Shown: one piece after another, positions 36,881-50,074 of the stretch | Layout of the letters: each line of letters opens with the position of its first letter | How positions within the stretch are numbered: position 1 is the stretch's first letter | NCBI GenBank assembly: GCA_030704615.1 | Contig: CM060732.1 | Location: 73,532,001 to 73,596,000, forward strand | Direction: 5' to 3' | Length of the DNA stretch: 64,000 bases | Source of the DNA: Takakia lepidozioides | Taxonomy: Eukaryota > Plantae > Bryophyta | Program-made: the position numbers and the translations under genes | The notes under the pieces: generated by a model | Database searches by the model: none | What the model was told of the DNA's origin: nothing | The model's input: the letters and a program-made list of their open reading frames with translations, nothing else

Positions 36881-38468
36881 CTCTTGCTTCTGAGTGGATG
36901 GTGCACGCATGCGATCAGTGACAACCCAGTCTTGACCTTAGCAACATTCTAAGAATAAGACTTGCGTGAGGTGTCAAGAGCAACTGTCCAATCTGAATTA
37001 TACCCGGGTCCACTGTAATTGTGTTCTGGTGCCATGCCATCTGTTTCGGCCTGCAGTTTTTTTCCCATGTGACAACTCACAATTCAAACTGCCTTTTGTG
37101 ATTGTTTTAAGCTTGTATAGCTGTTTTCCCCAGTAAATAACCCATTCGTATTTTATCATGGGACTGCAGCTCAAGGCACCTGTGTTCCACTGGGTAGTAA
37201 CAAGCCTGATTATGTGCATGGAACTCTGCAATGTTCCAATATTCACCGCAGAAAAGTGTATTCGACAGATTTGTAATGTCAATGTCAAGCAGTACTGAGA
37301 AAGTAACAACCACTGTACCAACTTACGCAACACAGTCAGGTGTTGATAGTTCAGGGTATTAGTATTTTTCACTGGCCTGAGGGACTGTGGTCGCAGGGTG
37401 TTACATTGCAATGAATGCTAGATTGTGGGGTATGTGGGGATATTCTTGAATCTTAAGCGTTCTACCAACAGCAATCACCCTACATCCATATCCCACAGCT
37501 CCTGAAGTCCTTGGATTGTGAAGTTTTCCCCAAATTTTCAGGACTACTATCCTCTACATTATTTGGTTTGTGGGTCAAAGTAAGATAGTTTTTTCAGCGT
37601 AGTCTATGACTATTCTTGACATGTTTTCAATCAACTTCTGTTGATCTCGAAGACAAAATGCTGCTTTTAAGTGCACGCTTAATCAGTTTTTGGGAGTGAC
37701 TAACCTGACCCAGTGACAATTGACAAGAGGCAGAATGTGAATTTGAGTTAGTGGAGGGGTCAATTGCAATACAAGAGGTGGAGTGCTTCACAAAATGTCA
37801 TGCACCAACCTAGATTTCACATAACCTAAGCTGATTGGTCACATGTCAATCAGAGTGGTGGGAAGTTTGATATGTAAGTTTTGCACACCCATACCATAGC
37901 CTCCAATTGAGGTGTACCCCCTCTAGTTTCGCTCACATGAAGCTCAAAGATAAACTTACGGATGCTGGAAAGTTGACCTAAAAATGACACATTTGGGTTA
38001 GAGGCTTCTAAGTGAGGTAGAGACTAGAGACTCACAAGATACACAAAAGGGTGACTTCACAATTGAGTGTCTAGCATCAGACCTGTCTCATTGTCTTGCA
38101 TGCATACTTGTTGCATTATTCATGTAAAGGCAAACTCCCTGCCACCCCAACAGTGAAGAAACAACATGCCAACAATGTGTCTCACTTCACAACGGGCATG
38201 GTCAGTGGCATGTGCTCCTATCGAAATAGGTTCTCATGTCAAAATCATTCAACCAAGATGTTTTCATGGACCCTGAAGAAGAGATGGGTATTAAAGCTTG
38301 CTGCAGGGCCTAAAGCTGTTGGTATTGCCATGGTGGCCATAACCTCAAGCCGAACCTGTTTCAAACCAACACCACATTAAGCTTTGGACCCCTCACTTCA
38401 TATGCCTTAGCTAGCCAGGGACACTTCTCTGGGCAAGTTACCCTCCAATTGCTCCGATCTGTGAGGAA

Positions 38469-41315
38469 TTAGGGGTTTTTTGAAGGATCTTCAAACTGGG
38501 ACAAGTCTGCAGATAATCGTGTGATTTGGTGCTGCAATGATGCTACAGAGTTGTCATTCTGTCCTTTCGTCTTACTCTTCTTGGAGGCATCCCCGTGCTT
38601 GAGCTCCAACCTGTATAGAGCACACTCAGTGCAAGAACTAAGTTCATATTCGTACATATGCCACTCAAAGGGACCATCAGGCTGGGGGTCCATATAATAG
38701 GACCGCTTGAGCCCCCCCAAGTCCTTCATGACTTGTTTTCTTGATTCATGCCAGCCTCTTCCTCCATAGTCAGGCAGAGATCGCTGCTTGCGTGTGCCAC
38801 TCTCATATGCACGGCGTGGTTTGTCAAAAAAAAGCCACTCCCGCAACACTTCCCCATGTAACATAGCTACATCGAACAAATCTGGCTCCCCCCAACAATT
38901 CCAACCCAGTAATCATGGCATAGCCACTTGCCACCTCCAATAGATACCTAGAACGTTCAACAAGGGAAGCAGCCAAAAGGTACCAGGTGTATGTCCTACT
39001 GGATAGAGCCTCACATTTGAATGACACATTTTTATTACCGTGTGCAAACTTTAAGGGAGGGTGCTGATGAACAAAATACAGTTAGTTAGATATATCCGCC
39101 TTCACAGAACTGGCAGCTCTTCACAGGAAGTAAAGATCTCCAACATTGCTGAGAAGCATACTATTGCAAGTCTAACAGATGCAAATATAGATTGTTGATA
39201 CCTCTGCATGACAGATATACAACACAACCTCGATAGAGGCACTACTTTGTGCACATCCACTCAGTAACTGCGGACCAGAAACTAATGGGTGTGTGATGAG
39301 GGAAAGGTGAAATTGAAGTATCCAGGACTCACTGACAGAGTATTGTATCCAACATAGACCATGCTTCCAGCTCTAATACATCGGATATAACCTCTTCATA
39401 CATGCATCATACAGATACGATTCATCCATCAAGGAGAAAAATCTGTCCATGTGTATAGCTAGCTAACTGTATCCAACAAACAAGCCACGCTGTGTAACAT
39501 CAAGGTCAAGCAGCAACAATAACAACAACATGAACAGGGCATACCTGGAGCATTCCATGGTGACTTGGACGTGGCAGCCCCTTGCAATTCTGGAACACCA
39601 ACAGCCTGACCACCAACACGAGCCGCCAGTGCTGCAAGTAGAGGGCCATCCTTCAAGTCAATGCCACCTGGCCTGAGCACAGGGCACATGCCTGGAGCAC
39701 CTTCGGTCACAGCCAACTCTTCATGAAAGTTGCTGCAGTAAACAGTATCTTCTTGACCTGCTCGAGCAGGCCTAGGGCAATCCCACAGGGCACATTTGGG
39801 CCTCAGAAAAGCTACTGATGGAGGGAGTGTGTCTGCCCTTGACGGCCTGTTACAGACTGCATATGACCTCTGTATGTGCTGCGGAAGTGTTTGTAATATG
39901 TCATCACACCTACCAAGAGTTGTCCCTGCATTGTCACTGAGTCGACCCTTCCCAACGTCCTCTTGAACATGCCCGGATCCCCCATGGCCATCAAGTCGTG
40001 CAATCCCACCTCCCTACAGGTTGCAAGCCCCCAAAACATCAAGATCAGCTAAACAGTCATCACCAGTTTATCACCACAGTTCGTCCCAGATCTGTAGCAG
40101 AAAGAGAAATAATTCTTTTGGCAGTAGGAGCCAGCATTCTTGACGCAAAACATTCTCGTACAAAATTAGGTGGCTTCTATCAAACACTAAGCAAACATTG
40201 CTCCATGGTTGAGCTAGAAAGGCACCTGCTGAGAAGGAGAGATGCCCACAATGTTACCCATAGCCTGGTGTTCCAAGTGAGAGGTTGTTGCTGCTATGCT
40301 ACTACTGGCGTCATCGTCCTCATCATTCAATTGCAGCAGCCTCTCCATGTCTGAGGACAGTTCTGATGAGCTTGGACTTTCCATCTGCACCAGAAAGTTG
40401 CTGGGAGCCTCAAACTGTAATTCATCATTATTGAATCTACCAGCTTACTTTAAGACTCGACCAAAAGAGTGGTGCTGTCAAACCCGTAGCACCACACTCT
40501 TGGTGGTGGAATTGCGTGGAAGTCAAGGCCTTTAAGGTGTATAAAGAGCATGCTACACAGCTGTTGATAAGGTTTCTATTCGATAACAGAGTAGGTGAAG
40601 TGGCAGCCGTATGTAGGATTTAACATAGCAAAGGTCTCAACTGTGGACATTCTTGGTAAGATCCAGCTGGAGACCTACACACATGTGCTCCAAACTGGAG
40701 CAACATCTAGTGGACCCTGCACAACTATTTACAACATAGAATCAAATAATGCCAAAGGCCACTACGAAAGTGTACACCTAGAATCACTCAAGCACTTGCA
40801 CTATGTGGGCAAGCAGCTGAGAAAGGGAATCCCTGAAAGGGATGGTAGATTATAATTGTCTCTCTATGCTTTGAAAGCAAGCCACCCATGTTTGGTGTAG
40901 CAAATCTTTCGCACACTTCCGTGAAATAACACTAGTAGTCTATGCGTCTATACCCTTCACACCATTGTCCCTACAGAAAGGGTTGAAAGACTGAGAAACT
41001 CTGACGATCGCCAAGATCAGAGCATAAAAATGGCGGCAGTCAAAGAATAAACTTGGGAGGAGAGACCAGTAATGAGGGTGTAGGAGAGGCCTCCCGCAAC
41101 TCCGCCTTCCATTCACGCAACATCTGATGCATTTGTTCCTCCAGAAGTGCCACATCCTTTACCCGGTTTTCCCTCCTTGCCTGTTGCAACTCTGAAACCA
41201 TGCCTTGCAGGTCATCCACCCTGGTGTTTGCTTTTGCCCGGAAGTGCTGCGAACCTTTGCTGACCTTGTGCTTTGCACCTGCGTCACTCAGATTATGTCC
41301 TTGCTTAGGAGTGAA
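38469..41315 (-). CDS. VOZ: VOZ (vascular plant one-zinc-finger) transcription factor; start codon not resolved
   Basis: KANTRVDDLQGM...LEEQMHQMLREWKAEL, SSDMERLLQLNDEDDDA, AFLRPKCALWDCPRPA, PGMCPVLRPGGIDLKDGPLLAAL...AATSKSPWNAP, LREWLFFDKPRRAYESGTRKQRSLPDYGGRGWHESRKQVMK..GLKRSYYMDPQP..EWHMYEYE..CALYRLELK. Confidence 0.93.
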
Positions 41316-42258
41316 ACTGAAATAAGATTATTCCAGACGAGACACGCTATGAATAGCAACCACAATGTTAGCACTGCAAGTTCTGACGAGGGAGATGTTG
41401 TAGACCTGCCAAAGCCCAGCCACAGTGCAATCATGATAGGTAAATTTCGGATATCTGACATAGGGAAGTGCAGTCACGAAATTAAAGACCAAATTCTGCA
41501 TTGCTTGCTCTCATCCCGCCTCCTTTGCCATTTCGCCCCTGATACCTCGAATCCCATTTGAATTGCAGGTTCACCGCATGGAATACAGCAACAAACCAAT
41601 GCTGAATTTCCTCCGACGATGACATCAAGTCCCCAAACCAAATATTGGTATGCTCTTCCTCCCCGCTTCTCTCATATGGCCGAACCCGCAATCAATTGAC
41701 ATACATAAACCCTCTCCCACAACTATAATGCTTTCCCACTGTCCACGCATCTCAATAACGTAACCTTAGCTGCCCGAAAATACAAGCTTCACGTGCCCAA
41801 GCAGGGCGACCAAGTCGTAACTAAGTATACTAACTCTAAGAAAGAGTTAGGCAGATTACCCATCACCCTCTGCATTGCAACGAGGAGTTGCAGCCTCGAC
41901 CATGGATCGTTCAAGCAAAGTTACGAGACGAAAACACACCCACCCAGCTCCCAATCCCCGCCTGTATCTGCGTGCCACCGATGCGCTCTAAACCCACGCC
42001 GAGCTTCGTCTGCCGTTGGCACTATGCCTACACAGCTTGTGCCTCCAACACTTGACCCAATTCCTGACTTCCTTCTCGGGAAGACGAGATTAGACGGAAT
42101 TGTGATGCCCTACGGGATTGTATGTGCCATGGCATGTTATCTCCATGCCGCATGCTATGCCATGCCTGCACCTGCCCCAGTTCTCACTCTTGTAGTTGCA
42201 AGCTGCCTTCGTCACCTTTACCGGCAGGTAGAAGAGAAGCCCAAGAAGCCCAGCCCTC

Positions 42259-42585
42259 GTGCACACTGTGGACGCATTCCGCTTCATGATGAGAAGGCCC
42301 GGCACGGCCTTCGGCATGTCTGTAGCATCATATAATGGTGGGTTGCTTGGCCCTGGCCTCCACAGGTTGCCACCTACCTGTCGGCAAGTTGTTGATCCTA
42401 CAAGCTATTGTGAGTGCAGCTCCGTAGCAGGGCATGGTGTGCTCGCTTCACGGGGACCTGGGTTACGTAGGGACGCATGGTGTGCAATGCGTAGGAGCTT
42501 GTTTGCGATGTAGAGACTGGAGTCGGGTCGTAATTACAGATGTACCGAACGCGATCCTGTTGTACACTGTGAATGCGGAGTGCCG
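42259..42585 (+). promoter_or_regulatory. Conserved-looking upstream peptide (uORF or N-terminal extension) with a putative GC-AG intron
   Basis: FRFMMRRPGTAFGMSVASYNGGLLGPGLHRLPPTCR ends at CG|GCAAGT (42384). The acceptor TTACAG|A (42539) places it in frame with the polygalacturonase ATG at 42586. Confidence 0.45.
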
Positions 42586-45227
42586 ATGGCACCACGATCG
42601 ATCAGTCGCACTTTCAACTTCCAACAGATGGTGTCCAGCACACAATTCTCTTATCGCAACGTGTTCTACACATCCTGGGCCGTTGCTTTTGCTCTGCTGT
42701 ACTTGATCCAACGAAACTACAGTGACGGTGGTGTCACTTCTCCACCTCAAATTGTTCCAATACTTCGACGGCATGTGTTCAATCTGACAGATTTTGGTGC
42801 AGTAGGGGATGGCAAGACTCTCAACACGAAAGCTTTCGAGCAAGCAGTAGCTGCAATTCGCGCTGTTGAACAGGAGGGGGGTGGGCAGCTCAATGTGGGT
42901 CCTGGGCATTGGTTAACAGCTCCGTTCAATGTGACCAGCAACATGACTCTTTTCCTCTGCGAGGGTGCAGAAATTATGGGCGTCCAGGTTCTCATGGACA
43001 TCCTCCTTTGGCGTCAAGAGTAGTTTGGTTTCTTATATGCAGTTATTATGGAGGTAGTGTATATTTGCTTGGGTGTTGCAAGAGGCATCTCTATGGACTG
43101 GACATGGGGTGCCTAGAGGGCGATCATTCTTGCAGAGTATTTGGTAGTCTTTGAAATATCTTGCTGAAAGCATCTTGGAGCAGTGTGGGTCTGATTTAGC
43201 TCCAAATTCACAGTCCAAGTTTGCTCAGAAAACTGGAGGGAAGCTCCAGACCAAGGGAAGTCATTAGAATCGGTGGGTCGCTGTGTTGTCCTCACTTTAC
43301 CGAGGAGCCTCGTCCGGGGTCCAATCCGGATGTGTATAATTTTAATATTCTTTGCATTTCTGCCCACAAAACTGAAAGACATTTCTGGGTCTGGATGCAG
43401 GATGAGAGCTTGTGGCCGCTCATGCCTGCATTGCCATCGTATGGGCGGGGTCGGGAGCTTCCAGGCCCACGCTATGGCAGCCTCATCTGTGGTCAATACC
43501 TCGATGACTTTGTCATCACTGGTACTTTCCTCTGTCCATGGGTCTCTTGCCTCTATCTTTGTGTGTGTGTCTTGGTTTGTGTGCATAAAGCCATTCACGG
43601 GCTAGGGTTTTTGTCATAGTAAACTGTAAATGCAGTTGTAGGGTCTAGTTCAGGTGTTAGTTCTTGGCCAGCACTTGCATGACTTCCCCAGAGGTATACA
43701 GTGCTGTCAATCATTGTCTGCAATCAGGGCCTAGGGTTTTCGCAATCATAAAATTTTATTGGATCTAGTAGTGCACAGGGAGTACAGCTGTTGTTGATAA
43801 TTGCCCGGGGTTGGGTGGAAATTTGGTGTAGGTCATAATGGGAGCATAAATGGGCAAGGTGTATGGTGGTGGCGGCAACACAAGCTGAAGAAGCTGCAGT
43901 ATACAAGAGGGCGATTGATAGAGCTGATGTGGTCGTCCAATATAGAAATCTCAAATGTCACACTGCGTAATTCCCCCTTCTGGACACTGCACCCCTACGA
44001 TTGTACCAATGTCACTGTCCGTGGTGTCACCATCCTGGCCCCTGTGGATGCTCCCAACACGGATGGCATCGACCCTGGTCAGGCCTCCTGTTTCTCTCTA
44101 AATTCTCAATTTTCGAGATGTTGAATTTAGAAATAAGTCACCTCAGAATTACTTGCTTTAATTTTTCTCTTCAGCTGTAGTATGTAGTGAATTGCCATGA
44201 TATGTTGTATTTATGTGGGTGTGTATGAACTTAATAAGGGAAGCAGAAGACTACAGGCTAGACTTGCGGATGCTCCCTGGCTAGGCTTCAGTCTATCAAT
44301 GTAAGAGTGACCTTGGTTGCAGACAAGGGGACCAATTATTGACGAGGAAAGTGGGGCTGTAACCTGGCTGTGGTATTATAGATTCTTGTCAGAATGTGCT
44401 GGTTGAGAATTGTTACATTAGTGTGGGAGATGATGCTGTGGCAATCAAGAGTGGATGGGACCAGCATGGAATTAAATACGGCCGGCCTTGTATGAACATC
44501 ACCATACGCAATGTTGTTGTCCATTCCCGGATCAGGTGGTCCTCTCTATCTTTTGTATTGTTACTAAAAGTATTTAGGACAAGAAATAATTGTAGTTGTA
44601 AGTATGCAATCTTGACTGAAATCTGTGATGTAGTAATTGATGGTGAGGGTACTTTTACACAGACTTGATGGGACGGCCTATATGATCGGTTGTCGGAGAA
44701 TGAAAGGACTCTATGTGGGTGGCAGTGCTGGGTTTTCAATAGGGAGCGAGATGTCAGGAGGAGTGGCAAATGTGCTAGTGGATGGCCTTTATGTCTGGGG
44801 ATCAAGGAGGGGCATCCGCATCAAAACTTCACCAGGTCGAGGAGGCTATGTGAAGAATATCCTGTTCCGAAATATAACATTGGACAATGTGATGGTAGGT
44901 ATTGTCATCAAGACAGATTATGGGGATCATCCAGATCCTGGGTTTGATCCACATGCGCTCCCACTGGTTGCAAATATATCGTTCAGTGGTATACGTGGAA
45001 GCCTCGTACGGTTCCCTGTTAGAATTTCTGGCAGTAAGGAAGTGCCAGTAACTGGTATAGAAATCAGAGACATGAATATTGGTGTAACTAGGAAGAAGAA
45101 GCGTATCTTTCAGTGTTCTTTCGTAGAAGGAAAAGTGGTGGGAAAGGTTTTCCCAAAACCTTGTAGAGAATTAGCTCAGGAGGGTGCTGGGGTAAAAAAT
45201 GCTGTATTTGTGCAGACGTCATTGTGA
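42586..45227 (+). CDS. Polygalacturonase / pectin lyase-like (GH28), 5 exons, N-terminal membrane anchor
   Basis: DFGAVGDGKTLNTKAF, WLTAPFNVTS, WPLMPALPSYGRGRE, NSPFWTLHP, APNTDGIDP, GDDAVAIKSGWD, IGSEMSGG, RIKTSPGRGG. Confidence 0.95.
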
Positions 45228-46612
45228 TCTTCGATGGAAACTAAAACCAAACAAATCATGCCATCTAAGTACTTTCTGCCTGAATGATTGAAAAATGAAA
45301 AATTGCATGGAGTTAAGATTGGGCCTGAAGGGTTGATTGTCAGTGACTCAGGGTTATATGTTGTTAGGTTTGATTGCAATTTTACATAATGGAGTGATTG
45401 TCTTATTTTGGTTTGAATGAAGGTCGGAGGTCCTAGTGGATCAAAAACTAAACTCTGGAAGGCCATAAGGCAAACAAAGGGTACCACTCAAAAGGCGCAT
45501 ACTAAACAACCATGAGAATGAGTCAACCTACACCAGAAGCTTAGCTAAGGACCTTGTCAACATATAGAAGGGCCGTTATGCTACTCTCACGGTACCTTCG
45601 GCCTCAGCTGGTCTGTTTTGCTTGGGGTTGCTGGCCCTACACTGCTTTTATGTGTACTCATGGATCTTTGAAGTTTAATTTTCCCTCATTTGAAAGTTGT
45701 GAATTCTTATCCTTCCATCCTATCCTTATTTCTTTCTCTATTTTACGAAGACCAAATTCCATTAGAAATAGATTTAAAAGGTAAAACATAAGAGAAAATA
45801 AATATTTAAGTAGGTTTTTCTGTTTACTAAATAAAAATGCAATTTGCTAGTCCTTTTTTCTGGCTAATTTCTAAAGAGAAATGCCAATTTCAACTAATTA
45901 ATAATACAAAAAATCAGAAAAATCAGAAAAAATGTGCATTGGGTAGGAAATCCGTCTAGGGATCCCATGAGCCATGGAGCGGTCTTTAGTTGTGCTAGCA
46001 ACCCACACGGGGAAGAGGCTCTTATTTACGCTAACTTCGGCTGGCGTCACATATATACAGCAACCCCTCCATCCTACAAAAAAATCAAATGGACATTTGG
46101 GATCCCATAGGAGGGCCACCCAAACAGTTGGAAACACCCTCCTAAAGGCCATAGAGTTCTTGGTTCTAGCCTGGAGATCTCAAGTTCAACTCCTTAAGGG
46201 CCAGCCTGTGATTTCATCCTCCGGATGGATGTAATGCTCCCATTCATCCACTTTCTAACAGCCCCATCCAATGATGTGAGCTCAAATCTCAAGTCCTTCA
46301 ATGGGCAAAACATGCATGCAAGGCTAAATTCTATTTAATTGTTGGTCCGGCTTTAGATCCATCAACCTCTAGGTGGGCCAAAGAGCGAGGTGTCGGTGAA
46401 GAATGGCCATCTCGGTTCAAATCCCGCAAATCTTTGGCTCAAACGGATGAGGTTGGGTTGAGCACAAGGGCATATTCCTCAGATTTCCCAGATACATGTG
46501 GAATATTCCACAACGAAACGAAATTGGCGAAACTAAAAACATCTACGAAACTATTTCCATTCGTTTACTTGAGCACTAGTTACAACACATAAAGAACGAG
46601 CAGCCCGACGAA

Positions 46613-46712
46613 CATGTTACCCTATAGGCGTGTATTTTTCTCACGATGTGCTCACATAATACCATGTTACCCTATAGGCGTGCATTTTTCTCAGGTTGTG
46701 CTCACACAATAC
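46613..46712 (+). repeat. 50-bp tandem duplication
   Basis: CATGTTACCCTATAGGCGTGYATTTTTCTCA..TGTGCTCACAYAATAC x2. Confidence 0.85.
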
Positions 46713-46936
46713 CAGACCCTTTTCATAATAGGCTCGAGAATGGGCGGTGAGGCTTCAGCTCACATTTAAAGTCCTCGCCTATGGATAATTTCTCCCAACA
46801 AACTTTGTTTCAACCAGCCTGAGTTTAAATCACACTGTAGTTGAAAGGATGCATAGGTCACTAAAGTCCTCACCCATGTATAATTTCACAGAGCGAAACT
46901 CTGTCCTAACGACTACAATTACATATTGAGAGACAC

Positions 46937-49804
46937 ATTTGCAATGCGAAAGTGTGATCCCTGAAGAGAGGTTGGGTAGCGTCCAGGTAGGATGCTCACG
47001 AACATGAAAGAATATGAAGAATATTCTTGAGATGTCCAGAGAAAATTACACAGCTAAGGAGATTGTACTCATGCGACAAAAATAAGAGGACTAATAACAA
47101 ATTGTATAAAATGTGCTCACATGTCATAACAAATAAGGTTGCAACGCCTTTGTGCATATAACAGGGAAGTTGATATTTCAAATTGTGTTTGCGTAAATAT
47201 TGTCTACACCAACTTTCTCTATGAGATCTTCTCTATCTTATCTATAATACACATTTGTTGCCTCACATGACTAATCGCATTAAAAATGCAATATACATAT
47301 CTTGACTTCACCTAATTCCAATAAAAAAATATAATTGTACATCTATGAACTAATTGCACTTATCTATTTCATGAGATTGGTTACAAATAACTGAACTTAC
47401 ACTTAGTTGTCTGCATTTCATAAGAAACGTGTATTTCATAAGACCGGACTACAACTTTATATGACTACACTCACGATGACATGTTATGTCTGAGAATAAT
47501 TGATACAAAAAATTTTATGGGAGGGTTTATCGCAAAGAGGCCACCACTCCCACTGTCACACCATAGCTGTTTATTATGGACATGAGTTCGGATAGCCTCT
47601 AAAAAAGACCACTAAGGCTTGGCACGGTGACTCCGTACAAACTGGGTCCAAGTGACAACGGCCTCAACGGTTACGGGCATCACCACAAACATTGAAAATA
47701 TCTTTCACAATGAGAAATACAATTCTACAAGAACGTACTCAGATCATTTGGACACAGAAACTTATTTCGCGGCACAATCGAAATGAGGACAAAACAGTCA
47801 TTCTGGCCTCCTATCGATAACCTTTTGCGGTATGAAAATACTATGAAATCCTCTCAAACTCTCCATTTTTACTCTCAATATCATCTAATGTAAACCACTG
47901 ATCACGAGTCATATGACATCATCTTAACATACACATAGAATATAGCGAACAATTCTGCCAAACAAAGGCTTGCGATTTATCTACAATTCCAAATACAAAT
48001 CGAATTTTGGGCGAGAACTGGGTCCGAGTGACAGCAGCCCCAACGCTTACGGGCATTCCCACAGACGTTGGAAAAATCTTTCGCAATGAGAAATACAATT
48101 CTACGAAGACTAATTGGGATAATTTCGACATAGAAACTTATTAGTAGCACGATCGAAATTAGGACAAAACAGGGCCTCCTATAGAAAACCTCTTTGTCGT
48201 ACAAAAGTATTATGAGAAACTCCCCATTATTACTCTCAATATCATCTAATGTAAACGACTGATGCAAAGTCTTGAGCCATCATATCATCATACAAGTACA
48301 ATATGACAAACAATTCTGCCCAACAAAAGGCTTCCCATAATCTGCAATTCAAAAAACAAAGCTAATTTTGGGCGAGAATTAGGTCCGAGTGAGAGCGACC
48401 ACAACGGTTATGGGCATCTTCACAAACGTTGAAAAAACCTTTCGCAATGAGAAATACAATTCTACAAACCAAATTGATCTTGATGTCCATGAAGAAATTT
48501 ATCGCGAACATGTTAGATACGACATTGATGTTCTTCAAAGAGGTTTCCAATTATGATCATTGGTTTACATAGATCCTAATGATTACCAAAATTTTTTGAA
48601 GACCAACAGTTTGGTTTCCTATAAGTGCTCTCAGTATATTCCCATCCGAAGGTTAAAATTATCTAGCTCAAAATTGTCATGTGTATAAAACACAATGAGT
48701 GAACATTTCGCCTTGCAAAACGTCTTTCACTAGCTCCACTGCATGCCCAAAAAAATGATTGTAATCTACATCCAAAAGTTGGCATATGAGTACCAAACTA
48801 GTCCATCGAGTGGATACTCAATAACAATTTTGCGATGCAAAAAGATTTCTCTCAGACTGATTCCCAATATCTATAACTGATTTTTGTCTTTTTCATGTAT
48901 ATATGTGACTATCCTCGGATATAATTTTGGAACAACCACTGTATTTCGTAGTGCGAAAATTGTTTAATGATCCGGTATTCTCAAACTGATGTGTTGTATA
49001 GATTACCAATATCATGTTTTACTTATGTTACTTATGTGGTTTCACAATGCAAAAATGATTGTATTCATAAAAAGGCTTAGATTTGAGTCCATCTGACAAC
49101 ATTATGAGGGGTATAGGCTCCCTATTGCATTGAATTTATTTTTCGCAAGGCAAAAACCATATCATCAAGTAGTTTTCCACAGGGTATGTGGTTTTCAATT
49201 CCTTTGGTCGTGACGAAATGTCTCGAACTTATCCTAATAGAAATTTAGCCACTTACGTAACATTGCAATATATTCGGCTCTCACATAGGTGGTGGTAACA
49301 TTTCGCAAGGTGAAAGTTCATCCACAATGAACATTCGACGAATCATTGTCTCGTAATCTTTGCCACTATATATGTTCAATTAAAAATTAGCGTGTCAAGA
49401 AATGTGTTTCGCGCCGCGAAAGGCGCCTCTAACATTGCAAAATAATTAAAATATGATGGCTATTTGTTTCGACTCATTTTCGGAGACTAGCTTACATTCA
49501 TAGTGGTTTTATTACCAACATATTGTTGTACAACAACTTTCTATTTCCATCAAATATGCAAATTGGTCTAGGAGATGTCATGCTATCGATGGCTAGGAGA
49601 ACATAGACCATGTATGTGATCCTGGTGAAATCTTTCGTTTGGACAGATGAGTTTCGTGTACCGAAAAGATCTTCAGATAGCTCTCACCGCCCAAACTAGG
49701 ATGGGATGGTAACATTTTTTAGTGCATTCCACATGAATGGAGTTGATTGCTGGACCCCATGTATTTAAGATCATGTTTTGTTCTCAGCCTTTCGCAGTGC
49801 GAAA
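46937..49804. repeat. Array of TTTCGC-N3-GCGAAA palindromes
   Basis: Copies start at 46937, 47703, 47823, 48079, 48440, 48706, 48828, 48944, 49040, 49141, 49301, 49407 (perfect), 49652 and 49790 (perfect). Confidence 0.8.
47641..48470 (+). repeat. Degenerate tandem repeat, period ~360-377 bp, ~2.3 units
   Basis: GGTCC(A/G)AGTGA...GGGCAT...CAATGAGAAATACAATTCTAC recurs at ~47641, ~48018 and ~48378. Confidence 0.85.
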
Positions 49805-50074
49805 ATCCCTTGTCGGCTCATTTTTGGGGTGTGAGATGGAGAAATAATGCATATTATATTTTCAAATTATTTTCGGACCGCGTTCGATTTCACTTACAAA
49901 CACAACCTGACCCTGGATATGTTGTGATAGGTGCAGACAAATATAACATACATGTGGAAATTTGTTAGTTGAACATGGTTGTCGGATACAAAGTTAGAGC
50001 AAATCTGACTTGATATCAGTTGACCTTCAGGAGGTGTCATGTGTCATCCACATTTGAGACCATGATTTTTCAAC

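Noticed and set aside
46937-49804. CRISPR array
   Set aside because: Repeats are only 15 bp and degenerate, spacers are 80-230 bp and variable, there are no cas genes, and the context is plant nuclear DNA.
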